The translations under genes and the position numbers were made by a program. From assembly GCA_964524955.1 (NCBI GenBank), contig CAZGEP010000001.1:1811-65810 (forward strand): a DNA stretch of 64,000 nt. The letters are read 5' to 3'. Shown piece after piece: positions 9,915 to 18,578 of this stretch. The DNA is from an uncultured Planctomycetota bacterium. GTDB lineage: Bacteria; Planctomycetota; CAZGEP01. The notes under the pieces were generated by a model, which was not told where the DNA came from, made no database searches, and saw nothing but the letters and a program-made list of their open reading frames with translations. Every line of letters begins with the position of its first letter. Positions within the stretch are counted from its first letter, which is position 1.

Positions 9915-10205
9915 TTGTGGCAGCAGACCAGGCAGATTTCTTATTAATGAAGACTTCAGCTCAGGAATGGACAACTGGTGGGTGGAAGGCGGAGAAAAGG
10001 TCTGGTTTGAAGACGGAAACCTCTTTATGAAAGCCGATCCCCCCGGAGAAGGACAAGGAAATATGTTTCCACAGCCAGGTGCAGGACACCGATCGGCGGA
10101 GACGTTCAGATTGACTTTGATGTCCATGTGATTTCCTCAACAGTGGATGCAAACAATATCAATATATTCTTCTTTCACAGAGGTACCGTTCAGTTATCAA
10201 CATCT
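9915..10205 (+). pseudogene. Truncated/frameshifted remnant of a concanavalin/LamG-like jelly-roll (DUF1961/DUF1080-type glycoside-hydrolase-like) gene
   Basis: Frame A reads ...FLINEDFSSGMDNWWVEGGEKVWFEDGNLFMKAD...; a second frame continues ...GGDVQIDFDVHVISSTVDANNINIFFFHRGTVQLSTS*. Together they are about 100 aa, far shorter than intact family members. A frame change lies near 10075. Confidence 0.3.
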
Positions 10206-10533
10206 TGATGATTGTAGTTGTCAGGATGATTCGTAGGCGGTCTTAATTCTTTCAGGCAAACTATTACACAGATAAATAGCGTAAAGGGTAACTGGAAAAA
10301 AGGTAAGAAAACTGCAGCAGTGAATTTTTCAGGAGAAGGAAATGTGATAAACTGACTTTGCAGTCCAGAAATACTAAACCATGCACTGAGGAATCCGATT
10401 TTTCTCTTGGGGAACGATTCCATCATCATTCCTTTTTTTAACAGCCCTTACAAGATAGACTATAAGAGGCAGCCCCATGGCGGAAGTGGCGATAAGAACA
10501 ATAAGGATCAGGATGGCTAAGGGTGAAGACATG
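10190..10533 (-). CDS. Small membrane protein, apparently split by a frameshift at an A8 homopolymer (10434-10441 on + strand = T8)
   Basis: Minus-strand MSSPLAILILIVLIATSAMGLPLIVYLVRAVKK... continues in the next frame as ...MMMESFPKRKIGFLSAWFSISGLQ... (79-aa ORF 10190-10429). Low complexity, hydrophobic. Confidence 0.25.
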
Positions 10534-10746
10534 GCGCTCAGCGTATTAAATTGTAATTAAAAAACGTTCTCGTTGGCTCTGTGTCTTGAGCGAAGCAAAC
10601 GGGTACGATTTCTTTCGATTTCTGCGTCTCATTTGAAGGGTTTTTCTTTCGAAAAATTCGTATGTTCCCGCGGATCAAAAGCATGCCTGCGGCGATCGTT
10701 GATGCTACAACTCGTTTCTCTTCTCTCTTCACTCATTACTGCAGTC

Positions 10747-12009
10747 TTACAGCACATCCCGTGCAACGGTATTGGTCCAGCCGGTGGAGATGACCGAACA
10801 TTCGGCGGCGCGATGGGCAGAGATGTCTTGTTCCTCGCAGATCATTTCAACCTCATCGGTTCTTCCCTTTTCAATGGCCCGGACCAGGTCCAGGTAGGCG
10901 TGGAAGGTGGAGTTTCTGTCTGTGTATCCGGCTTTGATTTCATCGGAAAGCGGCAAGTCTTCTACAATGCGTTCAAAGGGCAGGTCCAGCATGGTGTCAA
11001 TCAGGGAGAGCATGCCGAAGAGAAACATGGTCTCGGGGTGAGTTCCGCGGATTTGACCTTTGTCTGTCAGTTCTTCGAGAAACTTGCCCCGGTTGACCGC
11101 CATCAGGTATATTTCAGGAGTTTCGTCAGCTCCAGCAAGGTCGGATAAGACTACCATGCGCAGCCAGTGTTTGAGTTTACGGGTGCCCAGCAGTGAGATC
11201 GCGTGGCGAACGGATTCAATTTTGGATGAGAAACCAAAGGATGCGGAGTTGAGAAAGCGCAGGAGCCGATAGGTGATGCTGGGATCGGTTTGTATCATGG
11301 AGACAAAGTTGTCGACATCAAGATCCGGATCAGTGATTTTGCTCAATATGCGGAGCTTGGAAAGCTTGGAGGCTTCGAGTTTCCGGCTTCCGAAATTGGC
11401 TGGCTTTGCGAAAAAAAATCCCTGGAAGAGATCGAATCCGAGCTGCCGGACAACAGAGTGTGTTTCAGGGGACGCGACTTTTTCAGCGAGTTTAAGCGCA
11501 CTGGTGTCCTTGACGCTGTGAAAGAGTTCCTGGATTTCCTGATGCGATCGCCCCAGAATGTCTACCTTGATAATGTCTGCCAGGTCCAGAAACGGCTGCT
11601 GAACCGGATCGCCCACGTAATCATCTACGGCAATCATGTATCCTTCGCTCTTTAGCGCGTTGACTTCCGTGAGGATTCGCGGGGTGGGACGAACCTGTTC
11701 GAGGATTTCAATAACGGTAACCGATGCCGGAAGCGCTCTTGGCGCGCCTTCGAGAAGAAGGCGTTCTGTGAAATTGATACAGACCTTGAGCGGGTGATCG
11801 ATAATGTCCTGGGAATCAATGAATCCAGAGGTGGCCACGCAAATGGTAGCAAAGTCCTGATCTGTAATTTCCGCTCGATCCATGTCCATGTCCGAACGAA
11901 AAAGCAGTTCAAATCCGAACTGACCTCCGGATCGGTCAAAGATCGGCTGCCGGGCCACGTAGAATTGTTCGTAAAGCTTCTGATATTTATTGTCTTTGGA
12001 ATTTGTCAT
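10747..12009 (-). CDS. EAL-domain (c-di-GMP phosphodiesterase-like, probably degenerate) + HDOD domain signalling protein
   Basis: EAL-type start YVARQPIFD, motifs EILE and DDYVGD (canonical DDFGTGYSS is degraded) and KVDILGRS. C-terminal HDOD (LRFLNSASFGFSSKIESVRHAISLLGTRKLKHW). Confidence 0.75.
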   Translation of the reverse strand: MTNSKDNKYQKLYEQFYVARQPIFDRSGGQFGFELLFRSDMDMDRAEITDQDFATICVATSGFIDSQDIIDHPLKVCINFTERLLLEGAPRALPASVTVIEILEQVRPTPRILTEVNALKSEGYMIAVDDYVGDPVQQPFLDLADIIKVDILGRSHQEIQELFHSVKDTSALKLAEKVASPETHSVVRQLGFDLFQGFFFAKPANFGSRKLEASKLSKLRILSKITDPDLDVDNFVSMIQTDPSITYRLLRFLNSASFGFSSKIESVRHAISLLGTRKLKHWLRMVVLSDLAGADETPEIYLMAVNRGKFLEELTDKGQIRGTHPETMFLFGMLSLIDTMLDLPFERIVEDLPLSDEIKAGYTDRNSTFHAYLDLVRAIEKGRTDEVEMICEEQDISAHRAAECSVISTGWTNTVARDVL

Positions 12010-12043
12010 AGTTATTCAGGTTGGGTTATTCTGTGCAGAAATA

Positions 12044-14800
12044 TCAGAACCCGGGTATTTTCTTGGGCAGTTTGGGCAATTTTACGTCCGGTGTTTTTTT
12101 CTTGATGGACTTGCCGATGATTTCCTGCTGTATGCGTTTTTTCTCCTTCTCAATCTGGGATTTCAGTGTGTTGAGCTGGTCTTGAGAAGCGTTCAGCGAA
12201 TTATCCGTTGGGGTTAGTGATGCGAGTTTTGAGGAAAGACGCTTGTCTGTGCTGTTCTTGCTGGACAGGAGCTGTTTGTTTTGCGAGGCTCCGGCCTTGC
12301 TGATTCCGGATTTTGCCTTGTTTAGCGACGAGGAGGCCGGCGTCAGCTGCTTCTGGATTGTTGATTTCATATCTGTTCCAAGTGCGGTGGCCTGGGCGAT
12401 GTTGGCGCCTCCGGCCTTTCGAACTTCAGCCTCTGCCTTGTTTCGAAGTTCGGCAAGCTTGGTCTTTACCCGTTCCTCCACGTTGGCGGAGAGAAGTCTG
12501 GCCAGGTCCGGTTTTGTCCGAAACGTTTTCTTTGCTCCCACGCCGTAGAGAATGGTCAGCTCGGTCAGATCCTTGTACATGGACGCAACGATCGCGGTGA
12601 TTTCCTTGTTGAATCCCTTTCCCGAAGGCGGGTCAAGTTTCAGGTCGGTGATCCGGATTTCAAGCAGTGCATCAAACTGTTTTTTTCCAAGCACAATGTC
12701 ACGGACCTGAACCTGGACATTGCTTTTGCTGATTCTGGCCGGCATCAGTCCTGCGATTCGGCCTCTGGCCTTTGGTTTGGATTCATTGATGGTCAGTCCG
12801 TTCACGGAAATGGTTCCACGGATTCTTCTGTCCTTGGAAAAGGATAGTTCCATGTGCGCGGTCTTTTTCTTGTTCCCGGCTTCTGCTTTTGCGCTCAGGG
12901 TGACCGGCGTATTGGTCAGAGCCATGTTGCTGGTGAAGTTTTTGAGCTGGCCGGTAAATGTCATGGGATCACCTTTGATGTCCACCGTGCCGTTGAGTTC
13001 GGCCAGATCCACCAGCAGGGAGGGGGGTACGCTTTCCCGGTCCGGGGCAGGAAAACTGTAGGTCTTTCCGGGCAGGCGGGTCTTTTTGGGCTTGGGCGTT
13101 TTATCGGTCTCGGGCAGGTAGGGTTCAATTTTGCGGTACATCCACCATCCACCCTTGAGCAGGCTGACCACGCTGTCACCGAGCATGCGCCGAAGCATCT
13201 GTTCGCTGCTGTCTTTGAGGCCCTGGGGACTGTACTTTTCTTTCAGGGTCTGGATGTCGGCTTTCACAGCTTTTTTAAGGTTCTTGGCGTCTGCGGTGAG
13301 CTCATCGGCTGCGTTTTGCGCCTCTTGGGAGAGCGCCTTGATTTCCTTGCCTTTTTTGGTGAGCGGCGCAGAGGCGTGTTTGACGCGGTCGGTGAGTTTC
13401 TTTTTTGCCTTGCTGTATTCCACATTCAGTTCTTTTCGCGCATTGGCAACACTGGTTTTAGCGGCGGTGATTTCTTTCTTACCATTCTGAATGGTGGTGC
13501 GCACGGATTGAATTTTCTGTACAGCTTGTGATCCTCTTTCAATGACCTGTCTGGCTTGGGCAATATCCTTGATGTCACTGACATTGGTTTTTTTCAGTTC
13601 CGCAAGCGTTGTTTTTATCTTGGCAATTTCCGTGGAGGCCTGCTTTTGGTAATTCGCTGCCGTGTTCGTTGCTGTTTTGACTTTGTTCTCGACCTTTTTC
13701 TGTACTGAGGTGTGGAGTTTTATATTTTTCAGGTCTTTGGTTCGTTTGCCGGCTTCATTGATGGCTGATTTTACATTGAGTTTTCTGGCTTTGTCAACAA
13801 GCCGTTTTTTCTTTTCCAGGGCCGTTTTTTGGAGTTTCTTGAAAGCGCGGGTGGATTCAAGGTCGTCTTTGTCCGGAGGTTTGAATTCCTTGAGCTGGTC
13901 AAAGAGTTTTTCAACAGAGTATTTTTCATCGTTCGTTTCCTGGTTAACCGGCAGCGGTGGTTCCTCTTCTTTCTTTTCTTCGGGCGGTACGGGCAAGGCG
14001 CCCGATGTTTTACGGTCGGTGTTGAACTGGATGTCATTGAGCAGAAGCGTGGTGATATGGATCTTACCCTGGGTCAGGGCTGCGGGATCAATACCGGCTT
14101 GTGCTCGGCTGAACTCCAGCAGGTTTTTCATGGGCGAAGAGGCATTGGCTGCCTGAACTTCTGCCAGATTCAATTCCAGGGGAGACAGCCCGGTCTTGAG
14201 TTTTCCGATTTCTACTTTGGCACCGGTGATTTCCTGACCGGTACGGATGATACCGATTTTAAGCAGCGGATCCCGGAAGAACAGGAATACAACAGCAATG
14301 GCAATCACAGCGGCAAGCACTGCAGTGGTTACACCGAGCCGAATCAGACGGCCCTTCTTTGAATGAACACGAACCTGCTTAAAACTTTTTTTCAGTTTGG
14401 AGGGTTTCTTTACATCCACCAGCCTGCGTATCGCATAGTAATGATCTGCCACGGGTTTGATTTTGCTTCGGTATTCGTTGACAGCTTCTTTGTTGTCTTT
14501 GGGCGGCTTTCCGTTCCAGTATACTGCAAGGGGAAGCAGCTTTTTCGGCATCTTTTTTTTCAGTGCCTGATTCAGTGCATTGGCTTCTTCCAGTGTATTG
14601 GGAAAACCGGTAAGCACGTATCCCTTTTTATATTCCGGTTGATTTAGATGCTCGGCGATTCTTTCCGCCCGTTCCTGCGGTGAGCCTTCCGACGCAATCT
14701 CTGTCGCGTTTACCCAGGAAACCTTGCTGAATTTTTTCTTGCAGGCGGAAAGCATGTCCTGGATCTTCGGGATATCAGGCAGCAGGAGGATGGCTCGCAT
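12044..14800 (-). CDS. Giant (918 aa) membrane-anchored Lys-rich coiled-coil protein, TIGR03545-like; N-terminal P-loop-less adenylate-kinase-like domain
   Basis: Residues 1-140 align with adenylate kinase (MRAILL.., GYVLTGFPNTLEEANAL vs GFLLDGFPRTIPQADAM, EY....P...YY), but the P-loop GxPGxGKGT is replaced by LPDIPKIQD. A single TM follows (VLAAVIAIAVVFLFF), then about 600 aa of Lys/Glu-rich coiled coil and a C-terminal beta-rich region. It sits immediately downstream of a DUF2062 gene; this matches the TIGR03545/TIGR03546 pairing as I recall it. Confidence 0.5.
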   Translation of the reverse strand: MRAILLLPDIPKIQDMLSACKKKFSKVSWVNATEIASEGSPQERAERIAEHLNQPEYKKGYVLTGFPNTLEEANALNQALKKKMPKKLLPLAVYWNGKPPKDNKEAVNEYRSKIKPVADHYYAIRRLVDVKKPSKLKKSFKQVRVHSKKGRLIRLGVTTAVLAAVIAIAVVFLFFRDPLLKIGIIRTGQEITGAKVEIGKLKTGLSPLELNLAEVQAANASSPMKNLLEFSRAQAGIDPAALTQGKIHITTLLLNDIQFNTDRKTSGALPVPPEEKKEEEPPLPVNQETNDEKYSVEKLFDQLKEFKPPDKDDLESTRAFKKLQKTALEKKKRLVDKARKLNVKSAINEAGKRTKDLKNIKLHTSVQKKVENKVKTATNTAANYQKQASTEIAKIKTTLAELKKTNVSDIKDIAQARQVIERGSQAVQKIQSVRTTIQNGKKEITAAKTSVANARKELNVEYSKAKKKLTDRVKHASAPLTKKGKEIKALSQEAQNAADELTADAKNLKKAVKADIQTLKEKYSPQGLKDSSEQMLRRMLGDSVVSLLKGGWWMYRKIEPYLPETDKTPKPKKTRLPGKTYSFPAPDRESVPPSLLVDLAELNGTVDIKGDPMTFTGQLKNFTSNMALTNTPVTLSAKAEAGNKKKTAHMELSFSKDRRIRGTISVNGLTINESKPKARGRIAGLMPARISKSNVQVQVRDIVLGKKQFDALLEIRITDLKLDPPSGKGFNKEITAIVASMYKDLTELTILYGVGAKKTFRTKPDLARLLSANVEERVKTKLAELRNKAEAEVRKAGGANIAQATALGTDMKSTIQKQLTPASSSLNKAKSGISKAGASQNKQLLSSKNSTDKRLSSKLASLTPTDNSLNASQDQLNTLKSQIEKEKKRIQQEIIGKSIKKKTPDVKLPKLPKKIPGF

Positions 14801-14802
14801 GA

Positions 14803-15381
14803 TTATTTTTCACCTCCAATGGGTGAGGTCAGCGTGACATAGAGTTTGTACATCTTGGAGGCGGCAATGACTTTGGCGATTTTGGAATTCCGAATGGCTG
14901 GCTCCAGTTTGTGACGGTAGACCATGACAATAACAATTCCTGCAACAAAGACCACGGGAGTCAGAACCAGGGAAGCAGTCAAACCGCCGAGAAAGACGGA
15001 GTTGTAAAAACGAGTCAGAGGGAAGGGGGCGGTGTTGTACATCCAGGTCCATACGCCATTGAGTGATTCCTTCTCAAGCAGAAAGACGCCTGTCTTGTGA
15101 AGGTGCGGTCCAAGGGGAAATGAGAGCAACTTGAATAAGGCCATTGAAAAAAGTGTGGACGCGATGTTGACTCTGAAAATGAGTACAACAAAAAGAATCA
15201 GAAAACACTGGATGCTGAGAAGGGGATTGAGACCGAGTATCATACCCAGAACCAGGGCAAAGGCAATGGATGCGGGTGCAGTCTCTGAGCCAATAACTTT
15301 GATAACCTTCAGGATGGTTTTAAGAATAAACATATCGCGGGTGGTCCCGGAAAAACTGTTCAGAAACGTTTTGAATACCAT
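14803..15381 (-). CDS. DUF2062 (TIGR03546-like) small inner-membrane protein
   Basis: Pattern APASIAFALVLGMILGLNPLLSIQCFLILFVVLIFRVNIAST is typical of DUF2062. 192 aa. Stop lies 3 nt before the start of the giant downstream gene. Confidence 0.6.
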   Translation of the reverse strand: MVFKTFLNSFSGTTRDMFILKTILKVIKVIGSETAPASIAFALVLGMILGLNPLLSIQCFLILFVVLIFRVNIASTLFSMALFKLLSFPLGPHLHKTGVFLLEKESLNGVWTWMYNTAPFPLTRFYNSVFLGGLTASLVLTPVVFVAGIVIVMVYRHKLEPAIRNSKIAKVIAASKMYKLYVTLTSPIGGEK

Positions 15382-15564
15382 CGTATATTATCGGAACTGA
15401 AAAGTCAAGTCAAGTTAAATTTGGATTAATTCCCGTATACAGAAGGATTTAAAGAAGTTATATGGCAGGCAGGTTTCTTTTTCATTGTTTTACCGGTGCG
15501 GACAGATATAATTATTTGCATACTGCAATAATTCCATATCGCCATCTGTTCAGGAGCATCCGGC

Positions 15565-18465
15565 ATGAAACGCAACTTTTTTCAAACGATTTTACCTGCA
15601 TCGTATACCTGTTTGTTCCGCTGTATTGCTTTTACGATCATGTTGGGAGCCGGTACAGTACCTTTTCTTTACTCCGGAGAATTCAATTGTCTGGAGCTGG
15701 ACCCGGACGTCTCCCCGGACACGTCGTATTGCCTCGAGGTGACCCGTGTGATCAAGAATTCCGCAGCTGAAAGAGCCGGAATTCTACCCGGTGACCGGGT
15801 TATCTGTATTGACGGTCTACGGGTTTTTTCCATGGAAGAATATGTGATCGTGCGCTTTATGAATGATACGAAATCGAATATCCCTTTGACGATAATCCGA
15901 AACGGTGCGGTTCAGGATATTCGTCTGAATAATCCCAAGCCTGTCCGAAGGGCCGGATATTATATGCAGGAACGAAAAGAGATTTTTCTGAAGGCTCTGA
16001 TCCGGCACAAAGTCTTTCCGTTTTCAAATGCTCAGAGCGGAAAGCCGGAACCGCTTGCAGAGCAACTCGACAACGGCTTCCGAACATGGATGGCCGGGTC
16101 TGCTTTTTTTACCAACCAGAGTGTGTATGCTCAAGAGAATCCAATGTCTGCGGAGTCAATGTTGACCTGGTTTCCAATGCGTGCGCAGGCAGCGATCGTG
16201 AATGTTCTGAAAACAGCGGATGGTCATACGCGTCTTTGGATAAAGCGCTTGCTGGAGGTCTACCTGCTCCTGCGGCGGGCACAGTATGACAGTGCTGCCG
16301 GATGGATAACCGATGGAAACATGACGGATAATCCGCCCGATCCCTTTCTCAACGTACTGCTTGCTTTCTATCAACAGGTACTTCGACACCGTTCTCCCGC
16401 GGATAAAGACGATCTGTTTGCGCTCCTTGAGTGTACACCGGATACGTTTTTGCTCTGTTATCCTTTTCCGGTGGAAATGACTGGTAAGAATAGAAAATCA
16501 TTTGCCTTTGATCCGGAATTTCAGAAAGCGTACAGTGCGTCGATCAATACAGCGCCGCGACTGCCGAAAGAAGTAAATGACCTTGCCATTGAGTATATTC
16601 GCCGGAGCATGAAGTCTAAAAATGAAACAGAGCGTTACATGCTTCAGGCTCGCGCCGCGCTGATCAATCCAAAGAGCTACGGACGATGGCTGCACCGAAG
16701 CTACCTGATACGGAATAAAAGTACCCGCCTTACGGTATTCAAGGGTCTCAAAAAGCGATGGACCGAACAACCCGAGGAGCGGGGCCTGACCGCCTTCGGT
16801 CTGGCATGTGTGGCACTTCTTGAGAAAGATATGCAGACCTTTGAGAACGCCTATCGAACGATTCAGGCCAGCGGTGCACGCGAGACTGCACGCTTATACG
16901 GCAGCCTGTATGAAATGTGCCGACGGTCCCGCCGCAGCGGAATTTCATGGCAAGCCGTCAGGGAAAAGATCACTGCGATTTCCGGAGACGCAACGCTTCC
17001 AGCAGTTTACGCAAGACTGATGGAAATCCTGCCGGATTCAGATTTTGCATTTCCCTGCGGTGTCTTTGACAAAGAACAGCGGAAAATCATATCCTTTGCC
17101 GAGTACGTTGAGAAAAACAAATCAACACTGGCCCGTTGTCTTCGCCACCGCCCACTTGTCGATCCGGACGCCAGGGTCGCGGATGCGGTTAAGAACGGAA
17201 CTGTGAAAACGCGTAAAGATCTGGCAACCCTGTTATCCCGTGAGATCGCGTACTATCCTTCACAGCATACCTTTGATCTCTTTTTGCAGCTTGCCGGCAG
17301 CACGCCCAGGGATCATATATTCGACTGCATCTGCTTTTTTATCGGGTATCATTTCTCCACACAGCAGAAAAATCCCATCAATGTATCGCAGATTCCGCAT
17401 TACTTTCAGCCCATGGAATATCTGCATTATGAAGAAATATACAAAACCCTTCAGAAAATGAAACCATCGGATCCGAAATTTGATTCCGTTGTTGCTCAAT
17501 CACTGGCGCAGGCAGGTGTACCTTCTGTGTATCTGCTGATTGCATCAACACTGCGTGATGCCGACAAAACCCGCAGGGCTCAACAGATGACAGAGAAGAT
17601 TGTTAATTTCTACGAATCCCTGGCCGGTGTTTATCATGGCAACAACTTTCTGTGGAACGCACTTCGCGATTTTGCCTCTGTACCCGGTTTTAGTGAACAG
17701 GCGCGGCCGTATAACAAAGATTTTGTCCAGAAACGTCTGTATTACGATTCCACGTATGTTCTTTCCGCGATCCTGAGTAGTTATACGAACGATACGCGCC
17801 AGATTGTGTCCCAGCTGAAAAAGTCGGTCAGCCCTAGAATTCAGAAAGATTCCGGCCAGTTTATCTATGGTGGGAAGGTCTACACAGAGGTTGCTGATTT
17901 GCGAAAAGACTTTGTAAGGGATCTTGAGAAAAGAAAGATCCTCAGCCAGTCCGAATGGACAGAATTGAAGAAAACATCCGGTCTGGCCTCTGTTTTTAAC
18001 AACACGAAAAACGACACAGTCAATACCGTCCGACTTCCACCCAAGCACGCTCCCAGCCCCAAGCATTTGAAAAAGAGCCGGCTGCCTGCGAAGTCAGAAA
18101 TTGTCCTTCGGGTTGACGACCGGTTTGCGCCGCTGGAATGGATCGGAACCCGAAAGGGAGAGATTGTTTCGCACAACCCCAAGACCGGGGATGTTGTATA
18201 TTACAAACAGGGGTTGCCGGTTGTTCTTTTTCCGGACTTCAACGTGAGAAAACTGCTGCCGCTGAAAGAACGTGTTTGGGTGGGATCCAATCACGGTCTT
18301 TTTGCATTGATTCGGGCAAAAGGCAAATGGAAGGAAATTGCCGTGAATGCGACTGAAGTGGATATGGAAATTACCGGGCTCAGCGTTAAAGATAACCTGC
18401 TTACCATCACATATGGCAAGGAAAGGAAGGCGGTTCTGGATGTTGAAAAGAATGAATGGAAGTGA
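15565..18465 (+). CDS. Large (966 aa) hypothetical protein with N-terminal TM segment and PDZ domain
   Basis: PDZ-like segment VIKNSAAERAGILPGDRVICIDGLRVFSMEEY after a hydrophobic N-terminus; the remainder is mostly alpha-helical with no recognised catalytic motif. Confidence 0.55.
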   Translation: MKRNFFQTILPASYTCLFRCIAFTIMLGAGTVPFLYSGEFNCLELDPDVSPDTSYCLEVTRVIKNSAAERAGILPGDRVICIDGLRVFSMEEYVIVRFMNDTKSNIPLTIIRNGAVQDIRLNNPKPVRRAGYYMQERKEIFLKALIRHKVFPFSNAQSGKPEPLAEQLDNGFRTWMAGSAFFTNQSVYAQENPMSAESMLTWFPMRAQAAIVNVLKTADGHTRLWIKRLLEVYLLLRRAQYDSAAGWITDGNMTDNPPDPFLNVLLAFYQQVLRHRSPADKDDLFALLECTPDTFLLCYPFPVEMTGKNRKSFAFDPEFQKAYSASINTAPRLPKEVNDLAIEYIRRSMKSKNETERYMLQARAALINPKSYGRWLHRSYLIRNKSTRLTVFKGLKKRWTEQPEERGLTAFGLACVALLEKDMQTFENAYRTIQASGARETARLYGSLYEMCRRSRRSGISWQAVREKITAISGDATLPAVYARLMEILPDSDFAFPCGVFDKEQRKIISFAEYVEKNKSTLARCLRHRPLVDPDARVADAVKNGTVKTRKDLATLLSREIAYYPSQHTFDLFLQLAGSTPRDHIFDCICFFIGYHFSTQQKNPINVSQIPHYFQPMEYLHYEEIYKTLQKMKPSDPKFDSVVAQSLAQAGVPSVYLLIASTLRDADKTRRAQQMTEKIVNFYESLAGVYHGNNFLWNALRDFASVPGFSEQARPYNKDFVQKRLYYDSTYVLSAILSSYTNDTRQIVSQLKKSVSPRIQKDSGQFIYGGKVYTEVADLRKDFVRDLEKRKILSQSEWTELKKTSGLASVFNNTKNDTVNTVRLPPKHAPSPKHLKKSRLPAKSEIVLRVDDRFAPLEWIGTRKGEIVSHNPKTGDVVYYKQGLPVVLFPDFNVRKLLPLKERVWVGSNHGLFALIRAKGKWKEIAVNATEVDMEITGLSVKDNLLTITYGKERKAVLDVEKNEWK

Positions 18466-18578
18466 GATAAAACGAGTGATACGTGAAAAGTGGTGAGCAG
18501 GTGACGGTCCCTTGATATCTTTTGGGACGTTTGTTTGACAGTGCATTCATTCCATTTCAACAGAAGGGTTCAGCTGCT

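Noticed and set aside
9237-10127. 296-aa ORF on the minus strand antisense to the first sulfatase. Similar long antisense ORFs at 1946-2746, 8628-9161, 21637-22680, 40649-41800, 44152-45024, 48203-49114, 52894-53883, 57667-58638 and 62091-63818
   Set aside because: Each lies opposite a sense-strand gene with strong, collinear family homology (sulfatase, Qor, sigma54 regulator, FliF/FliG, FliR, FlhF/FlhG and so on). The antisense translations are low-complexity or Arg/His-rich with no motifs, which is typical of shadow ORFs in GC-rich coding DNA.
10573-11148. 191-aa plus-strand ORF overlapping the EAL-HDOD gene
   Set aside because: It is antisense to a gene with clear EAL and HDOD motifs. Its translation is Gly/Val/Ser-rich with no recognisable domain.
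12243-14647. Several 90-225-aa plus-strand ORFs (12854-13531, 13662-14156, 13829-14362 and others) inside the Lys-rich giant gene
   Set aside because: They are antisense to the 918-aa coiled-coil gene, whose reverse strand is Phe/Leu-rich and naturally free of stops. They have no start context or homology.
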